Shown: one piece after another, positions 15,408 to 25,494 of the stretch
Numbering within the stretch: position 1 is the first letter of the stretch
Layout of the letters: every line of letters starts with the position of its first letter
Virus record (IMG/VR): IMGVR_UViG_3300028072_000006
Coordinates: 7,416 to 71,415 of that record
Length of the DNA stretch: 64,000 bases
Direction: 5' to 3' (one strand)
Origin: a virus
Lineage: Duplodnaviria; Caudoviricetes
The notes under the pieces: generated by a model
Seen by the model: the letters and a program-made list of their open reading frames with translations, nothing else
Databases searched by the model: none
What the model was told of the DNA's origin: nothing
Position numbers and translations under genes: made by a program

Positions 15408-15562
15408 AGAAGTTGTGGCTCGATGAATCTGGCCAGGACCTGACCGAGTACGCCCTGCTGCTCGTGCTGCTCTCGCTCGCCGCGATCGCCTCGCTGTCTG
15501 CGCTGGGCAACGTCATCAACGGCGTGTTCTCGAACGCGGCCAAGAACCTGTCGGGTCTATGA
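15392..15562 (+). CDS. flp: Flp family type IVb pilin
   Basis: LWLDESG-QDLTEYALLLVLLSLAAIASL: short leader, G cleavage site, EY at +5/+6, hydrophobic helix, 56 aa; GGAGGAG RBS. Confidence 0.85.
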   Translation: MLSYVKKLWLDESGQDLTEYALLLVLLSLAAIASLSALGNVINGVFSNAAKNLSGL

Positions 15563-15684
15563 ACGCCGTTTGGGCCGTCGCGCGCTACATCCTGCACGAC
15601 GGGCCGTCTCTGGAGCAGCTCGCCGCTAGCTGGGCCCCGCTGCTCGTGTACCTCGCCCTGACCTTTCTGAGGAGATTGCGTTGA
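15559..15684 (+). CDS. Small hydrophobic peptide (41 aa)
   Basis: Coupled by ATGA/TTGA overlaps on both sides. Confidence 0.45.
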   Translation: MNAVWAVARYILHDGPSLEQLAASWAPLLVYLALTFLRRLR

Positions 15685-16046
15685 AGCTAACCGCCGATCA
15701 AGTTGCTGACCAGCTGTTGTTCAGGATGGGGCTCGCTCCCCACTTTTGCACTTACAATCCTCCTCGGCGGTGGCGCAAGCTGCTCGTCGCGGGGATTCAG
15801 CAAGCTCTTGACAGTGGGTACAACTTTACCTTTCGCCGCGTTCGAGACATGATCGACGATGAGTACGAGGTTCAGCAGAAAAAATTTAACTCCGTCCCGG
15901 GCTACAAGAATAAGATCGATAAAGCGCTGTGGGAAATTTTTGACAGCCCGACCCACACGAGCCGCACTCCTGCTTACATGGAGCGTCAAAAGCTCAAGAT
16001 GTGGAAGTACGACAAGAAAAAGAAAGTTTGGTCGTTCAATCTATGA
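15681..16046 (+). CDS. Hypothetical protein
   Basis: GAGGAG RBS, TTG start. Confidence 0.6.
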   Translation: MKLTADQVADQLLFRMGLAPHFCTYNPPRRWRKLLVAGIQQALDSGYNFTFRRVRDMIDDEYEVQQKKFNSVPGYKNKIDKALWEIFDSPTHTSRTPAYMERQKLKMWKYDKKKKVWSFNL

Positions 16047-17581
16047 AGATTGACCCCCGCCGCTGGAAGACGAAGCCCCGCGACCACCAAGTCATCGGCG
16101 TGCAGGCGCTTGTCGACCGCTCCCGCTTCGCGCTGTTCGACGAGATGGGCGTCGGCAAGAGCAAGCAGATCGTCGACGCGGCCTGCGAGCTCGCGGCGGC
16201 GGACGTCATCAACACGGTGGTCGTGATCAGCCCGGGGTACGTCCGCAACGTCTGGCTGTCGGCCGACCTCGACTCGCCCGGCGAGATCAAGAAGCACTCG
16301 TGGTACGCCAACAAGGTGATCGAGTACCACTCCAACGGCTTTGACTTAGTCTGGGAGGACGTGGACCTCGCCGACCGCCGCCTGCCCTGGGTCGTCACCA
16401 ACTACGAGTTTCTGCGCAACGAGGCGCGGCTGCAGAACCTGATCGACTCCGTCGGCGACAAGGCCCTGCTCGTGCTCGACGAGTCCAGCTACCTCGCCAA
16501 CCACAAGGCCCAGCAGACCAAGGCCACCCGCGACCTGCGCAAGGTCTGCGCCCGCTGCTACATCCTGAACGGCACCCCCGTGTCCAACAGCCCCCTGGAC
16601 CTCTGGAGCCAGATGGACGTGCTCGACCCGAAGATCCTCGGGCGCGCCTACCAGAACTTCTGGCACTTCCGCAACAGCATCGCGCAGTGGGGCGGGTGGG
16701 AGAACCGGACGATCCTGCAATTTTACCCGCAGGAGATCGAGCGGCTGCAGCGGTTGATCAAGCCGCACTGCCTGCGCCGGCTGAAGCGCGACTGCCTCGA
16801 CCTGCCGCCCAAGATCGGTGGGCTCGAGTCCGACACCCCGCTGCTGCGCGAGGTCAAGCTCGGCCCGAAGGCTTGGAAGATCTACTGTGAGCTGCGCCGC
16901 GAGGCGATCCTCGCGCTGCCCGACCGTGACGTCATTCCCGAGCCGAACGCCGGCGTCCGCCTGCTGCGGCTGTCGCAGATCTGCGGCGGCCACGTCTCGC
17001 ACAACAACGTGCCGCTGAGCGACGACGAGACGCTGAACCTGTTCGAGCTTCCCGGCCCCGACGTGATCGTCGAGGAGATCTCCGACGAGAAGCTGCTCGT
17101 CGCCGAGTGGATGGTCAGCGAGGTCGAAGGCGCCTCCATCGTGTGGTGTCGGTTCCGGCCCGAGCGCGAGCGGCTGGTCAAGCGGCTCCAGAAGCTGGGC
17201 ATCAAGACCTACCAGGTGTACGGCGGACAGAAAGACTCTGAGCGCGAGGCGGCCCGGGTCGCCTTCTCCGGCCCGGCCCGCGCGGGCCGCATGGTGCTGG
17301 TCGGACAGATGCGCGCGGGCGGCATGGGCTTGAACCTGACCCGTGCCACCGACGTGGTCTACCTCTCGAACGACGACTCGCTGAAGTACCGCCTGCAGTC
17401 CGAGGACCGCTCGCACCGCGACGGAACCGTCTCGCCCGTGACCTACACCGACCTGATCGCCACGGGTCCGGACGGGCAGAAGACGGTGGACGCGATCAAG
17501 TTCAAGGCGCTGCGCGCCAAGGAAGACCTGTCGGCCTGGACCTGCCGGCGCTGGCGGCGCGCCTTGGAGGAGACGGCATGA
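16043..17581 (+). CDS. SNF2-family (SF2) helicase
   Basis: DEMGVGKS, LDES, NGTP, GGMGLNL, QSEDRSHR. Confidence 0.9.
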   Translation: MKIDPRRWKTKPRDHQVIGVQALVDRSRFALFDEMGVGKSKQIVDAACELAAADVINTVVVISPGYVRNVWLSADLDSPGEIKKHSWYANKVIEYHSNGFDLVWEDVDLADRRLPWVVTNYEFLRNEARLQNLIDSVGDKALLVLDESSYLANHKAQQTKATRDLRKVCARCYILNGTPVSNSPLDLWSQMDVLDPKILGRAYQNFWHFRNSIAQWGGWENRTILQFYPQEIERLQRLIKPHCLRRLKRDCLDLPPKIGGLESDTPLLREVKLGPKAWKIYCELRREAILALPDRDVIPEPNAGVRLLRLSQICGGHVSHNNVPLSDDETLNLFELPGPDVIVEEISDEKLLVAEWMVSEVEGASIVWCRFRPERERLVKRLQKLGIKTYQVYGGQKDSEREAARVAFSGPARAGRMVLVGQMRAGGMGLNLTRATDVVYLSNDDSLKYRLQSEDRSHRDGTVSPVTYTDLIATGPDGQKTVDAIKFKALRAKEDLSAWTCRRWRRALEETA

Positions 17582-18558
17582 CGGACACCTACGACCAAGG
17601 GCGGTGGGACACGGGTAAGATATTTCCGTGGCAGAAGCACCCAGCGGACGCGCCCGCAAACTCAAAATTTTACGCCATCGAAAGCGAACCAGTTTCCTTT
17701 CGGAGCAGTGACCCCGAGCCGGTGCGCGTCAAGATCCAGAACGTGCACAAGTACGTTCTGGACCACGGGCTCGAGCACGGGTGGGACGACCTGCAGAATT
17801 TTTTCTGTTGCCGCCTGCCGTTTCCGTACATCTGTTTTTCGGAGATCTCGATGCATCGGCAGGATTTTGCGCTGCTCGTCCGCGAGATTCCCGGAGACGC
17901 TCCGATCGACGGCATCGGCATCCCGGTCAAGTCGAACGACGTCAACGACCCGTCGAGCCGCTTGAGAAAGTTTCAAGACGAGGTCAAGCCGTTCGTCTTC
18001 ATCAAGGTCGATATCGTGCACCTGAACGATCAAGAGCGGCAGATTCCGCACCAAGGAACGCTGTCGACCGACTTGATTCCGATCGACGAGAGCGGCCAGG
18101 TCCTGACGGACGCGAACGGGGTCGCCTACTTGCGCTTCTTGACGCAGTCTCGAGCTCACCTGATGCGTCCCGAGATCAAGAACGCGATGGACCTGATGCT
18201 GACCACGGTGCTGGCGGCGGTCAACTTCATGAACTGCCGCAACGTTGAGCTTGTCGACAACCCGCCGACCCGCCAGCAGCGCCGCCACGCGGAGCAGCGC
18301 GGCGAGAAGCCGCCGGTAACCTACAAGACCTTGACGCTGCGCCCGTTCGGCCGCCGCAACCGCCGCCAGCAGCGCGCGCAAGCCGGCTCGGACCGCGTCA
18401 CCGCGCTGCACATCGTCCGGGGACACTTCAAAGACTACCGCGTTGGCAGCGGTCTGGGCCGCGGACGGGCGCACGGGCTGTGGTGGTGGTCGCCGCAGGT
18501 GCGAGGCACGGACCCCACCCGGGCGGTGGTCAAGGACTACCAGGTGGAGACGGCATGA
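17578..18558 (+). CDS. Hypothetical phage protein
   Basis: Coupled ORF; C-terminal HIVRGHF...WWWSPQVRG basic motif. Confidence 0.7.
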   Translation: MTDTYDQGRWDTGKIFPWQKHPADAPANSKFYAIESEPVSFRSSDPEPVRVKIQNVHKYVLDHGLEHGWDDLQNFFCCRLPFPYICFSEISMHRQDFALLVREIPGDAPIDGIGIPVKSNDVNDPSSRLRKFQDEVKPFVFIKVDIVHLNDQERQIPHQGTLSTDLIPIDESGQVLTDANGVAYLRFLTQSRAHLMRPEIKNAMDLMLTTVLAAVNFMNCRNVELVDNPPTRQQRRHAEQRGEKPPVTYKTLTLRPFGRRNRRQQRAQAGSDRVTALHIVRGHFKDYRVGSGLGRGRAHGLWWWSPQVRGTDPTRAVVKDYQVETA

Positions 18559-18773
18559 GCACTGGCAAAATTACCGACCACGGGTGGATGGACGACGTCA
18601 GCGACAACGAGGAAGTTTTCCTCAAATTTTTTCGCGACGGAACTGGAAATATCGGCGTGCTGTACAACAAGTTTATCGTCGACAAGCTGCGGTCAAAAGA
18701 CGGAGCTTACATCCAGGAAGACCTGTTAAAATTCTTGCGGGTAACTTGCGAGCGGATTCGGAGAGTGCAATGA
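18555..18773 (+). CDS. Hypothetical protein
   Basis: GGAG RBS, ATGA coupling. Confidence 0.55.
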   Translation: MSTGKITDHGWMDDVSDNEEVFLKFFRDGTGNIGVLYNKFIVDKLRSKDGAYIQEDLLKFLRVTCERIRRVQ

Positions 18774-18988
18774 AAGCAGACAAGGTGAAGTGCCGGTGCG
18801 GGGACATGATCACGCCCGGAAACCAAGACCGCCACGAGAAGGGCTGGTGGCACCGCAACTTCGAGAAGTGCTGGGAGCTGCACGACCGCGGGTTGACCTT
18901 CGCGGAGATCGGCCGCCAGCTGGGCGCCACCCGGGTGTACGTCCGCGTCAAGATGGACCAGGGCCGCCCCGCGCAGGTGGCCGCGTGA
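18770..18988 (+). CDS. Small HTH-containing protein
   Basis: GLTFAEIGRQLGATRVYVR helix-turn-helix pattern. Confidence 0.6.
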   Translation: MKADKVKCRCGDMITPGNQDRHEKGWWHRNFEKCWELHDRGLTFAEIGRQLGATRVYVRVKMDQGRPAQVAA

Positions 18989-19245
18989 TCATCCGTCCCG
19001 AGGTGGGAACCACCAGCACCCAGAGCCAGCTCGTCGGCTGGAAGAGCGACCGCGGCGACTGGGTCGTCAAGGTGTACTTTTCTCCGAAGTTGAACAAGAT
19101 CCGCATCGCGCTGCCGGAGCTGCAAAACTTTGCGCAGGTTAAGATCGACGTGGACAACCGCTTGATCGACTTTGAGCGCGACCCGGTTGAGGCGAAGCGC
19201 GGCGTCGAGGAGCGGGAGCGCAAGGCGAAAGGATTCAAGCGATGA
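18985..19245 (+). CDS. Hypothetical protein
   Basis: GTGA coupling. Confidence 0.55.
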   Translation: MIIRPEVGTTSTQSQLVGWKSDRGDWVVKVYFSPKLNKIRIALPELQNFAQVKIDVDNRLIDFERDPVEAKRGVEERERKAKGFKR

Positions 19246-19463
19246 CCCTCAACGACCGAGTTGCTTTTCTGCTCAACCTGCGTGGGTCGGCCACCTTCGG
19301 CACCCAGGACGCGGACGACCTCGTGCTGGCCGTACAGACCTTGAAGAACGAGGGGCACGCGATCACGTGCGACGAAACCTTTGACTCGAACAAAAAGTTT
19401 CTCGACATCCGCATCTGCCACTACTTGAGCTGCGCCGCTTGCGCGAGGAGGAAACCTACGTGA
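19242..19463 (+). CDS. Hypothetical protein
   Basis: ATGA coupling. Confidence 0.55.
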   Translation: MTLNDRVAFLLNLRGSATFGTQDADDLVLAVQTLKNEGHAITCDETFDSNKKFLDIRICHYLSCAACARRKPT

Positions 19464-19852
19464 GTATCATACCTAACGAGTGCGTTGCGTGCCACAAGCC
19501 GCTCGACCCGATCTCAGTCGAAGAGGCTGAACGGCGAGAGCGCGAGGCGGTACAGATGTTCGGCGGACGCAAGGTCGTCGCGCTGCGCTTCTGCGCCGAC
19601 TGCGGCGCACTGTTCGAGAGCAAGTCAGCTTTCGAGATGATCGAAATCATCCGCCAGCGCCGCCAAAGCGACGAGCGCAAGCCTCACCTGCACTGCACGA
19701 TGTGCGGGCACTGCGTGCGACCTCCGACCGCCGCGGACCAGGCGGAGATCCTGATAGACCTGGGACGCGAGTGGAACGCGGAGACCGACCCCGTGATCTG
19801 CAGCGAGTGCGGGGAAAGTTTAGTCAAGGCCGCGAAGGCGGGGAGCAACTGA
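19460..19852 (+). CDS. Cys-rich zinc-finger-like protein
   Basis: Four CxxC pairs; GAGGAGG RBS. Confidence 0.6.
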   Translation: MSIIPNECVACHKPLDPISVEEAERREREAVQMFGGRKVVALRFCADCGALFESKSAFEMIEIIRQRRQSDERKPHLHCTMCGHCVRPPTAADQAEILIDLGREWNAETDPVICSECGESLVKAAKAGSN

Positions 19853-19853
19853 C

Positions 19854-20366
19854 ATGGGCAAGTGGACGAAGCTGCGGGGCAAGCTCGAGGTCTTCCAGAA
19901 CGAGCCGGAGTGGCAGCAGAAGGTCGACGCGTTCAAGCTTAAGTTTCTCGGCGTGGACAACACGCGGGACGCCAGTCCAGCGATGCTGGGCAAGGAGTAC
20001 GCTCTTTGCAAGCGCAAGAAGGACGAACTCGAGGACAAGATCAAAGCCCTGAACGTCGAGCTGGAAGGCCTGTCGCAGATCATCGTCGAGGTGCTCGAGG
20101 ACGAGGAAATCCAGAAGATCGAGCTCGCCTCGGGCCAGACGATCGGCATCAGCGACGAGCCGTACCCGTGGGTGGCCGATCGCCAGAAGTTCTTCGCCTT
20201 CATCAAGCGCACGGGGCAGGCGTCACTGTTGACCGTCCACTTCCAGACCATGAAGGCGCTGGTGAAAGGGTACCTCGAGCAGGGCAAGCCCGCGCCGCCG
20301 GGCATCAAGGTGTACCTGAAGACCTCCGCCACCCTGCGCAACGCGCGCAACGGAGACGGCGAGTAA
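19854..20366 (+). CDS. Hypothetical replication-module protein
   Basis: Coiled-coil N-half; typical codon usage. Confidence 0.7.
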   Translation: MGKWTKLRGKLEVFQNEPEWQQKVDAFKLKFLGVDNTRDASPAMLGKEYALCKRKKDELEDKIKALNVELEGLSQIIVEVLEDEEIQKIELASGQTIGISDEPYPWVADRQKFFAFIKRTGQASLLTVHFQTMKALVKGYLEQGKPAPPGIKVYLKTSATLRNARNGDGE

Positions 20367-20408
20367 AATTTACCCGCAGTAAAAATCTGATCCAAGGAGA
20401 CAACCGCA

Positions 20409-21248
20409 ATGCCGAAAGAAAAGGACCGCAAGCCGCAGCCGACGGCGCTGGCGACGAAGACGACCACCGCGCTGGCGGGAAAGGAGGACGTGCCCGACTA
20501 CCTCCGCCGCGCCGACGGGCAGCCCGCCGCCGGGACGGAGAATATGGACCGGAGCGACATGGCGCTGCCGCGCCTGGGCTTGTGCCAGTCGCTCTCGCCG
20601 CAGCGCAAGAAGCAAAACCCGAAGTACATCGCCGGTCTCGAGGAGGGGCAGTTCTTTAACACCCTGACCCGGGAGATCTACGGCAACACGCTGAACATCG
20701 TGCCGCTGCACTTCTACAAGACCCGCATCCGCTTCGGGGACATCGAGAAGGGCGGCGGCATCCTCTGCCAAGCGCAGGACAACAAGCACGGGCAGGGCGA
20801 CCCTGGCGGGCTCTGCCAGAGGTGCCCGCTGTCCGCCTTCAAGGACGGTGAACCCCCCGAATGCACGCAGTTCATGAACTACGCCGCGCTGGTGCTGCCC
20901 AAGGCCGGCAAGCGCGTGGAAATGGACGCCTTGCTCGTCGCCAGCTTCAAGTCTACGGGCTTGAAGATCGCGCGCGAGTGGAACTCGCTGATCCGCATCA
21001 AGAACTTGGACATCTTCGCGGGGATCTACACGCTGACCTCGACGGAGGCGAACAACGCGTCGGGCCAGAGCTGGTACCAGCCGACGGTCGCCCCGGCGGG
21101 TTTGGTCAGCCGGGAGATGTACGAGTTCGCCAAGGAAGCCTACCAGGGCGTCCGCGAGCGCAGCAACCTGGACTTCGACGTTACCGACTTGCAGGAAGAA
21201 GGTCGCGAGCCTGGGGACGAGGTCGAGGACAAGGACAGCGAAGTTTAA
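20409..21248 (+). CDS. Possible ssDNA-binding/recombination protein
   Basis: AAGGAG RBS; acidic C-terminal tail (DVTDLQEEGREPGDEVEDKDSEV); followed by a terminator. Confidence 0.45.
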   Translation: MPKEKDRKPQPTALATKTTTALAGKEDVPDYLRRADGQPAAGTENMDRSDMALPRLGLCQSLSPQRKKQNPKYIAGLEEGQFFNTLTREIYGNTLNIVPLHFYKTRIRFGDIEKGGGILCQAQDNKHGQGDPGGLCQRCPLSAFKDGEPPECTQFMNYAALVLPKAGKRVEMDALLVASFKSTGLKIAREWNSLIRIKNLDIFAGIYTLTSTEANNASGQSWYQPTVAPAGLVSREMYEFAKEAYQGVRERSNLDFDVTDLQEEGREPGDEVEDKDSEV

Positions 21249-21257
21249 CCCTCCGGC

Positions 21258-21290
21258 GGGGGCGGTTTAGGGGCCGCCTCCTTCTTTTTT
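21258..21290 (+). terminator. Intrinsic terminator
   Basis: GGGGGCGGT/GCCGCCTCC stem followed by TTCTTTTTT. Confidence 0.75.
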
Positions 21291-21302
21291 CAGAAAACTA
21301 TC

Positions 21303-21698
21303 ATGAGAAAAATTTCTGTGGTGTTGATCTTCGCCTTACTAACCGCCTCTGTGACCGACGCGCGCCCGTGGTACAAGGACTGGAAAGTCTGGACGGGAAT
21401 CGTCATAACCGCGCTGGTCACCTACAAGCAGTCAACGGTGACCGATGCGACCCGGCTGCGCGCGGGAATCGGTCAGTCCTACGGCGGCTACGGCGAGCGC
21501 AACGCGATGCGCGGGCTGGCGATCACGACACAGCTGCTGGGCGTTGCCGGCAGCTTGACGATGCGGCACGCGGAGGACCCGGCTTGGCCCGTGCCCATGA
21601 TCATCACCAACACGGTGTGGGGCGTCAGCGCGATCAGGCAGGCTGGCCGGAGTTGCAAGACCTTGGTCGTGATGGGACAGTGCCAAGACAATGATTGA
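21303..21698 (+). CDS. Secreted/membrane hypothetical protein
   Basis: Signal-peptide-like N-terminus and hydrophobic segments. Confidence 0.6.
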   Translation: MRKISVVLIFALLTASVTDARPWYKDWKVWTGIVITALVTYKQSTVTDATRLRAGIGQSYGGYGERNAMRGLAITTQLLGVAGSLTMRHAEDPAWPVPMIITNTVWGVSAIRQAGRSCKTLVVMGQCQDND

Positions 21699-21713
21699 CA
21701 AAGGAGAAGTCTC

Positions 21714-22001
21714 TTGAGCAAAAAGCTGAAGTGGATACTGATCATCCTCGCCGCGGCCGCGTTAACTTCCGGCGCGTACTTTGTAGGTAGGCGCAGCGAG
21801 AAGCGCATCACGTGGTACAGCGAGCTGGGCATGCGAACGCACGGGGTGCCGATCTACTTTCACGACACCGAGGTGCGCTGCGCGAACGGCAAGGACATCG
21901 GCCGGTTGACGATCGACCTAAACCTGAGAAATGGTGAACTGAAGGTCGTTCGCAACGACTCGAAGCTCGAGCCTAACTGCGACCCGACGGTGCTGAAGTG
22001 A
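21714..22001 (+). CDS. Membrane-anchored hypothetical protein
   Basis: AGGAG RBS; N-terminal TM helix. Confidence 0.6.
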   Translation: MSKKLKWILIILAAAALTSGAYFVGRRSEKRITWYSELGMRTHGVPIYFHDTEVRCANGKDIGRLTIDLNLRNGELKVVRNDSKLEPNCDPTVLK

Positions 22002-22475
22002 AGAAGATCGCGCAGGACCGCATGCGGTCCAAGTCCGAGCTGACCGAGGAGGAGATCAAGAAAGCGATCAACTCGATCAACGACGATGAGTCATTGACAT
22101 TCTTAGAGCGCAAGATCCTAACTGACAAGTTCAACGAAATGTTGCAGAAAAAGAAAAAGCTGCAAAAATGATGGAGTCACGCCCGATCGACAGCGGGGAC
22201 CTGAAGATCGCTACTCTTTTCGTGTGTATCGCTCTGTGGTATGTTTCTTGGTACCTGTCGGACATTCGCGATGAGCTGAAAAAGATGCGTAAAGGAGACA
22301 AAAAATAATGTATGATCGGTCGGACTTGGACCTCGCCCAGCGCGAGGCGGAGAAATTTATCGCGCAGGCTTGGCAGAAGGCGCAGCTGAAGTTGTTCGTC
22401 ATGGCCGTCTCGGTGCTGATGGACATCCGCGAGGCGTTGACCAAGACCGACGGGCAAAGGAACCGGCGCGGATGA
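21998..22475 (+). other. Three translationally coupled small ORFs (21998-22171, 22168-22308, 22308-22475)
   Basis: Overlapping stop/start junctions; below the ORF-track size cut-off. Confidence 0.45.
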
Positions 22476-22750
22476 AGTGGATCCGGGCTTACGCGATCGA
22501 GGCGGGCAACCGCAAGACTCTAATTTGGCGCATCGAGAGCCGCGAGGCGCCGTACCTCAAGCTGGGCGAGGTTCGGTTCTACCCGCAGTGGCGCAAGTAC
22601 TGCTTCTTCCCGCTCGACCGGACACTGTTCGAGCAGGACTGCTTGCGCGACATCGCCCAGTTCTGTGAGGACAAAACAGTGGAGTGGAGGCAGTCGTGCC
22701 GTCAAAGAACGAAGTCGAGCTCGCTCGACAATTCTGCGTCAAGCAGCTAG
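22472..22750 (+). CDS. Hypothetical protein
   Basis: ATGA coupling; VRFYPQWRKYCFFP motif. Confidence 0.6.
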   Translation: MKWIRAYAIEAGNRKTLIWRIESREAPYLKLGEVRFYPQWRKYCFFPLDRTLFEQDCLRDIAQFCEDKTVEWRQSCRQRTKSSSLDNSASSS

Positions 22751-22877
22751 GGACGGGCTACCAGCGCGGCGTCTTGTGGTTTCTGCGCATCATCGCGGAG
22801 ACGCTGGTCGAGATCCGTGACGAGCTGAAAGAGGAGAAGAAAAAGGTAGGTCGAGGGGAATCTCTGAGGGGAGAGCC

Positions 22878-25202
22878 ATGCCAGGGTCGAGGAGAAAAAA
22901 GTATGCGCGAAGCGACGAAACAAAATTCGTAAACATTCCCGAACGGCTGCGCGCTCTGCCGCAGTGGGTGGTTTGGCGCGCGGTCTGGAAGGAGGAGCGC
23001 GACACGTACTCGAAGGTTCCCTACACGCCCGCCACCGGGCGCGAGGCGAAGTCCAACCAGCCGGCGACTTGGGGCACGTTCTCCGAAGCAGTGGAGAAGT
23101 TCGCCCGCGACCCGAACACCCACGGGATCGGCTTCGAGTTCTCGGCCCAAGACCCATTCACCTTCGTGGACCTCGACGACGCGCGCGACCCGGAGACGGG
23201 CGACGTCGGCGACTGGGCGCAGCAGATCGTCGACAAGCTGGACTCATACACGGAGGTCAGCCCGTCCGGCACGGGGCTGCGCATCTTGGTCGAGGCGGAG
23301 CCAGTCGGTCCCGCCAAGCGGCGCGGCAAGGTCGAGATGTACTCCTTCGGGCAGTACGCGACAATCACCGGCGCGGTGGTGCGGGACAAGCCGATCGAGC
23401 CGCGTCAGGGGCAGCTCGCCGATCTGTACGCGCTGGTGTTCGGCGCGCCCGAGCCTGACACCGAGGCGAGCCCGCGCGAGCCCGCCCCGGTCGACGACGC
23501 CAAGCTAGCGCGCGTCAAGCAGATGACCGACGACGAGCTGTTCGCCAAAGCCACGGGGGCGGCCAACGGCGCGAAGTTTCTCGCGCTGTGGGAGGGGCAG
23601 AACATCGCTGACCGCTCTCAGGCCGACGCTAGCTTGTGCGCCATCCTCGCCTACTGGACCCGCGCCGACGCGGAGCGCGTGGACAAGCTGTTCCGGCTCA
23701 GCAAGCTGATGCGCAAGAAGTGGGACGAGCGCCGCGGCGACCAGACCTACGGTCAGCGCACCGTAGCCTTCGCCTGCCGCGGGGCGACGGCGCTGTACGA
23801 CCCCGACGTGGACACGAGCGGGCTGACCGCCCGCAACGACGAGTCGAACGCCCAGATCTTTATCGAGCTGTACAACGAGAAGTTCTCGTTCTGCAAGCAG
23901 TGGGACCTGTGGTTAAGCTGGACGGGCAAGACCTGGCGGGGCGATGACCTGACGAACGCGCAAGCGCGGATCGCCTGCGGCGAGGTCCGCTCTGAGCTGC
24001 TGCGGCGGATCCGCGGCTTGACCGACAACCGCGAGATCATGGCCGCCGCCAAGTGGGCGAACTCGTCCGGGGACCGCTACCGCCTGAACGCGCTCGAGGA
24101 CCGCGCCAAGCTGCGCATGCTCGCCCCGTACGATCAGTTCAATCACGACGGGTACGCGCTGGGCTGCGCCAACGGGGTGATCGACCTGCGCACGGGGGAG
24201 CTGCGCGACGGAGCTCGGGCGGACTGGATCACGCGGTCGACGGAGCTGGTGTTCGACCCGAAGCAGGAGTGCCCGCTGTTCGAGAAGTTCATGCGCGAGA
24301 TCATGCAGAACGACAAGAACATGATCGCCTACCTGTGGCGCGTGATCGGGTACGCGCTGACGGGGGACGTCACGGAGCGCGCGTTCTTCTTGTTCCACGG
24401 CGAGGGGCGGAACGGCAAGTCCACCTTCGTCGAGACCTTGAAAGCTCTGCTGGGGCCGTCCGGCCGGGGCTACGCGCAGAAGGCGCGGTTCTCGACCTTT
24501 CTGCGCAAGAGCTTCGTGGGCGGGGCGAACGACGACGTCGCGCACCTGGGCGGCGCCCGCGTGGTCGTCGCCAGCGAGGCGGACGAGCGCAACCCGCTGG
24601 ACGTCGCGCTGGTCAAGGAGCTCACGGGCGGGGACACCCACCGGGCGCGGTTCCTGTACGGGCGCGAGTTCGAGTTCGCCCCGCAGTTCAAGCTCTTCCT
24701 CGTGACTAACAAGGTTCCGCCGATCCACGAGACGACCTACGCGATCTGGGACCGCCTGCACTACGTGCCCTTCGAGTGGCGCGTGCCGGACGGCAAGGTC
24801 GACCGCGCGCTGCCGCTGAAGCTGCTGGGCGAGCTGCCGGGAATCCTGGCGCACGCGGTCCGCGCCTGCCTGGAGTGGCAGACCGACGGGCTGGCGCCGC
24901 CAGAGAAAGTCCTGCAGGCCGGACAGCAGCTGTACAAGGAGATGGACACCATCGGCGAGTTTATCAGCGAGGAGTGCGAGGTCGGCGACGCGACGAAGCT
25001 CAAGGAGACGCACAAGGACCTGTACGCGCGGTTCACCCGCTGGTGCCAGGAGAGCGGCTTGCGGTACATCCCCAGCAGCAAGACCCTGGGCAGCTACCTG
25101 CGCGAGAAGAGGTTCACCGACCGGCGGCTGGGCAAGAACATCCTGTTCTGGCTGGGAATCCGGCTGGCGAAGAAGTCCGAAGGCAGAGGAGGGGAGATCT
25201 GA
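22878..25202 (+). CDS. Primase-polymerase (AEP/NrS-1-like) fused to D5/P4-family SF3 helicase
   Basis: FVDLD, YTEVSPSGTGLR in the N-terminus; GEGRNGKST Walker A, ELTGGD, TNKVP. Confidence 0.9.
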   Translation: MPGSRRKKYARSDETKFVNIPERLRALPQWVVWRAVWKEERDTYSKVPYTPATGREAKSNQPATWGTFSEAVEKFARDPNTHGIGFEFSAQDPFTFVDLDDARDPETGDVGDWAQQIVDKLDSYTEVSPSGTGLRILVEAEPVGPAKRRGKVEMYSFGQYATITGAVVRDKPIEPRQGQLADLYALVFGAPEPDTEASPREPAPVDDAKLARVKQMTDDELFAKATGAANGAKFLALWEGQNIADRSQADASLCAILAYWTRADAERVDKLFRLSKLMRKKWDERRGDQTYGQRTVAFACRGATALYDPDVDTSGLTARNDESNAQIFIELYNEKFSFCKQWDLWLSWTGKTWRGDDLTNAQARIACGEVRSELLRRIRGLTDNREIMAAAKWANSSGDRYRLNALEDRAKLRMLAPYDQFNHDGYALGCANGVIDLRTGELRDGARADWITRSTELVFDPKQECPLFEKFMREIMQNDKNMIAYLWRVIGYALTGDVTERAFFLFHGEGRNGKSTFVETLKALLGPSGRGYAQKARFSTFLRKSFVGGANDDVAHLGGARVVVASEADERNPLDVALVKELTGGDTHRARFLYGREFEFAPQFKLFLVTNKVPPIHETTYAIWDRLHYVPFEWRVPDGKVDRALPLKLLGELPGILAHAVRACLEWQTDGLAPPEKVLQAGQQLYKEMDTIGEFISEECEVGDATKLKETHKDLYARFTRWCQESGLRYIPSSKTLGSYLREKRFTDRRLGKNILFWLGIRLAKKSEGRGGEI

Positions 25203-25203
25203 G

Positions 25204-25494
25204 ATGAACACGCGAGAACGAGCAGAAGCGCTGCGAACGGCGCTGATCACAAATTTTAAGCTAGGTGAAATTCCTGAGGTGAAAATGTTCGAGGACGCGC
25301 TGCGCGAGGAGCGCGAGGCGGAGCATAAAAGGTGGGTGGCCGCCTTCGAGGCTTACGGGTTCTACAACCCCGCGCGGCTCTACAACCCCGAGCTGCGGAT
25401 CGTCGAGCCCGACGCTCCCGCGGTGGAGATGTACGCGGAGCAGCTGCGAAAGTTCGCCGACTTCATCCACGAGCGCGACCGGGACGGGTGGTAA
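25204..25494 (+). CDS. Hypothetical protein
   Basis: RBS and ATG right after the primase. Confidence 0.55.
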   Translation: MNTRERAEALRTALITNFKLGEIPEVKMFEDALREEREAEHKRWVAAFEAYGFYNPARLYNPELRIVEPDAPAVEMYAEQLRKFADFIHERDRDGW

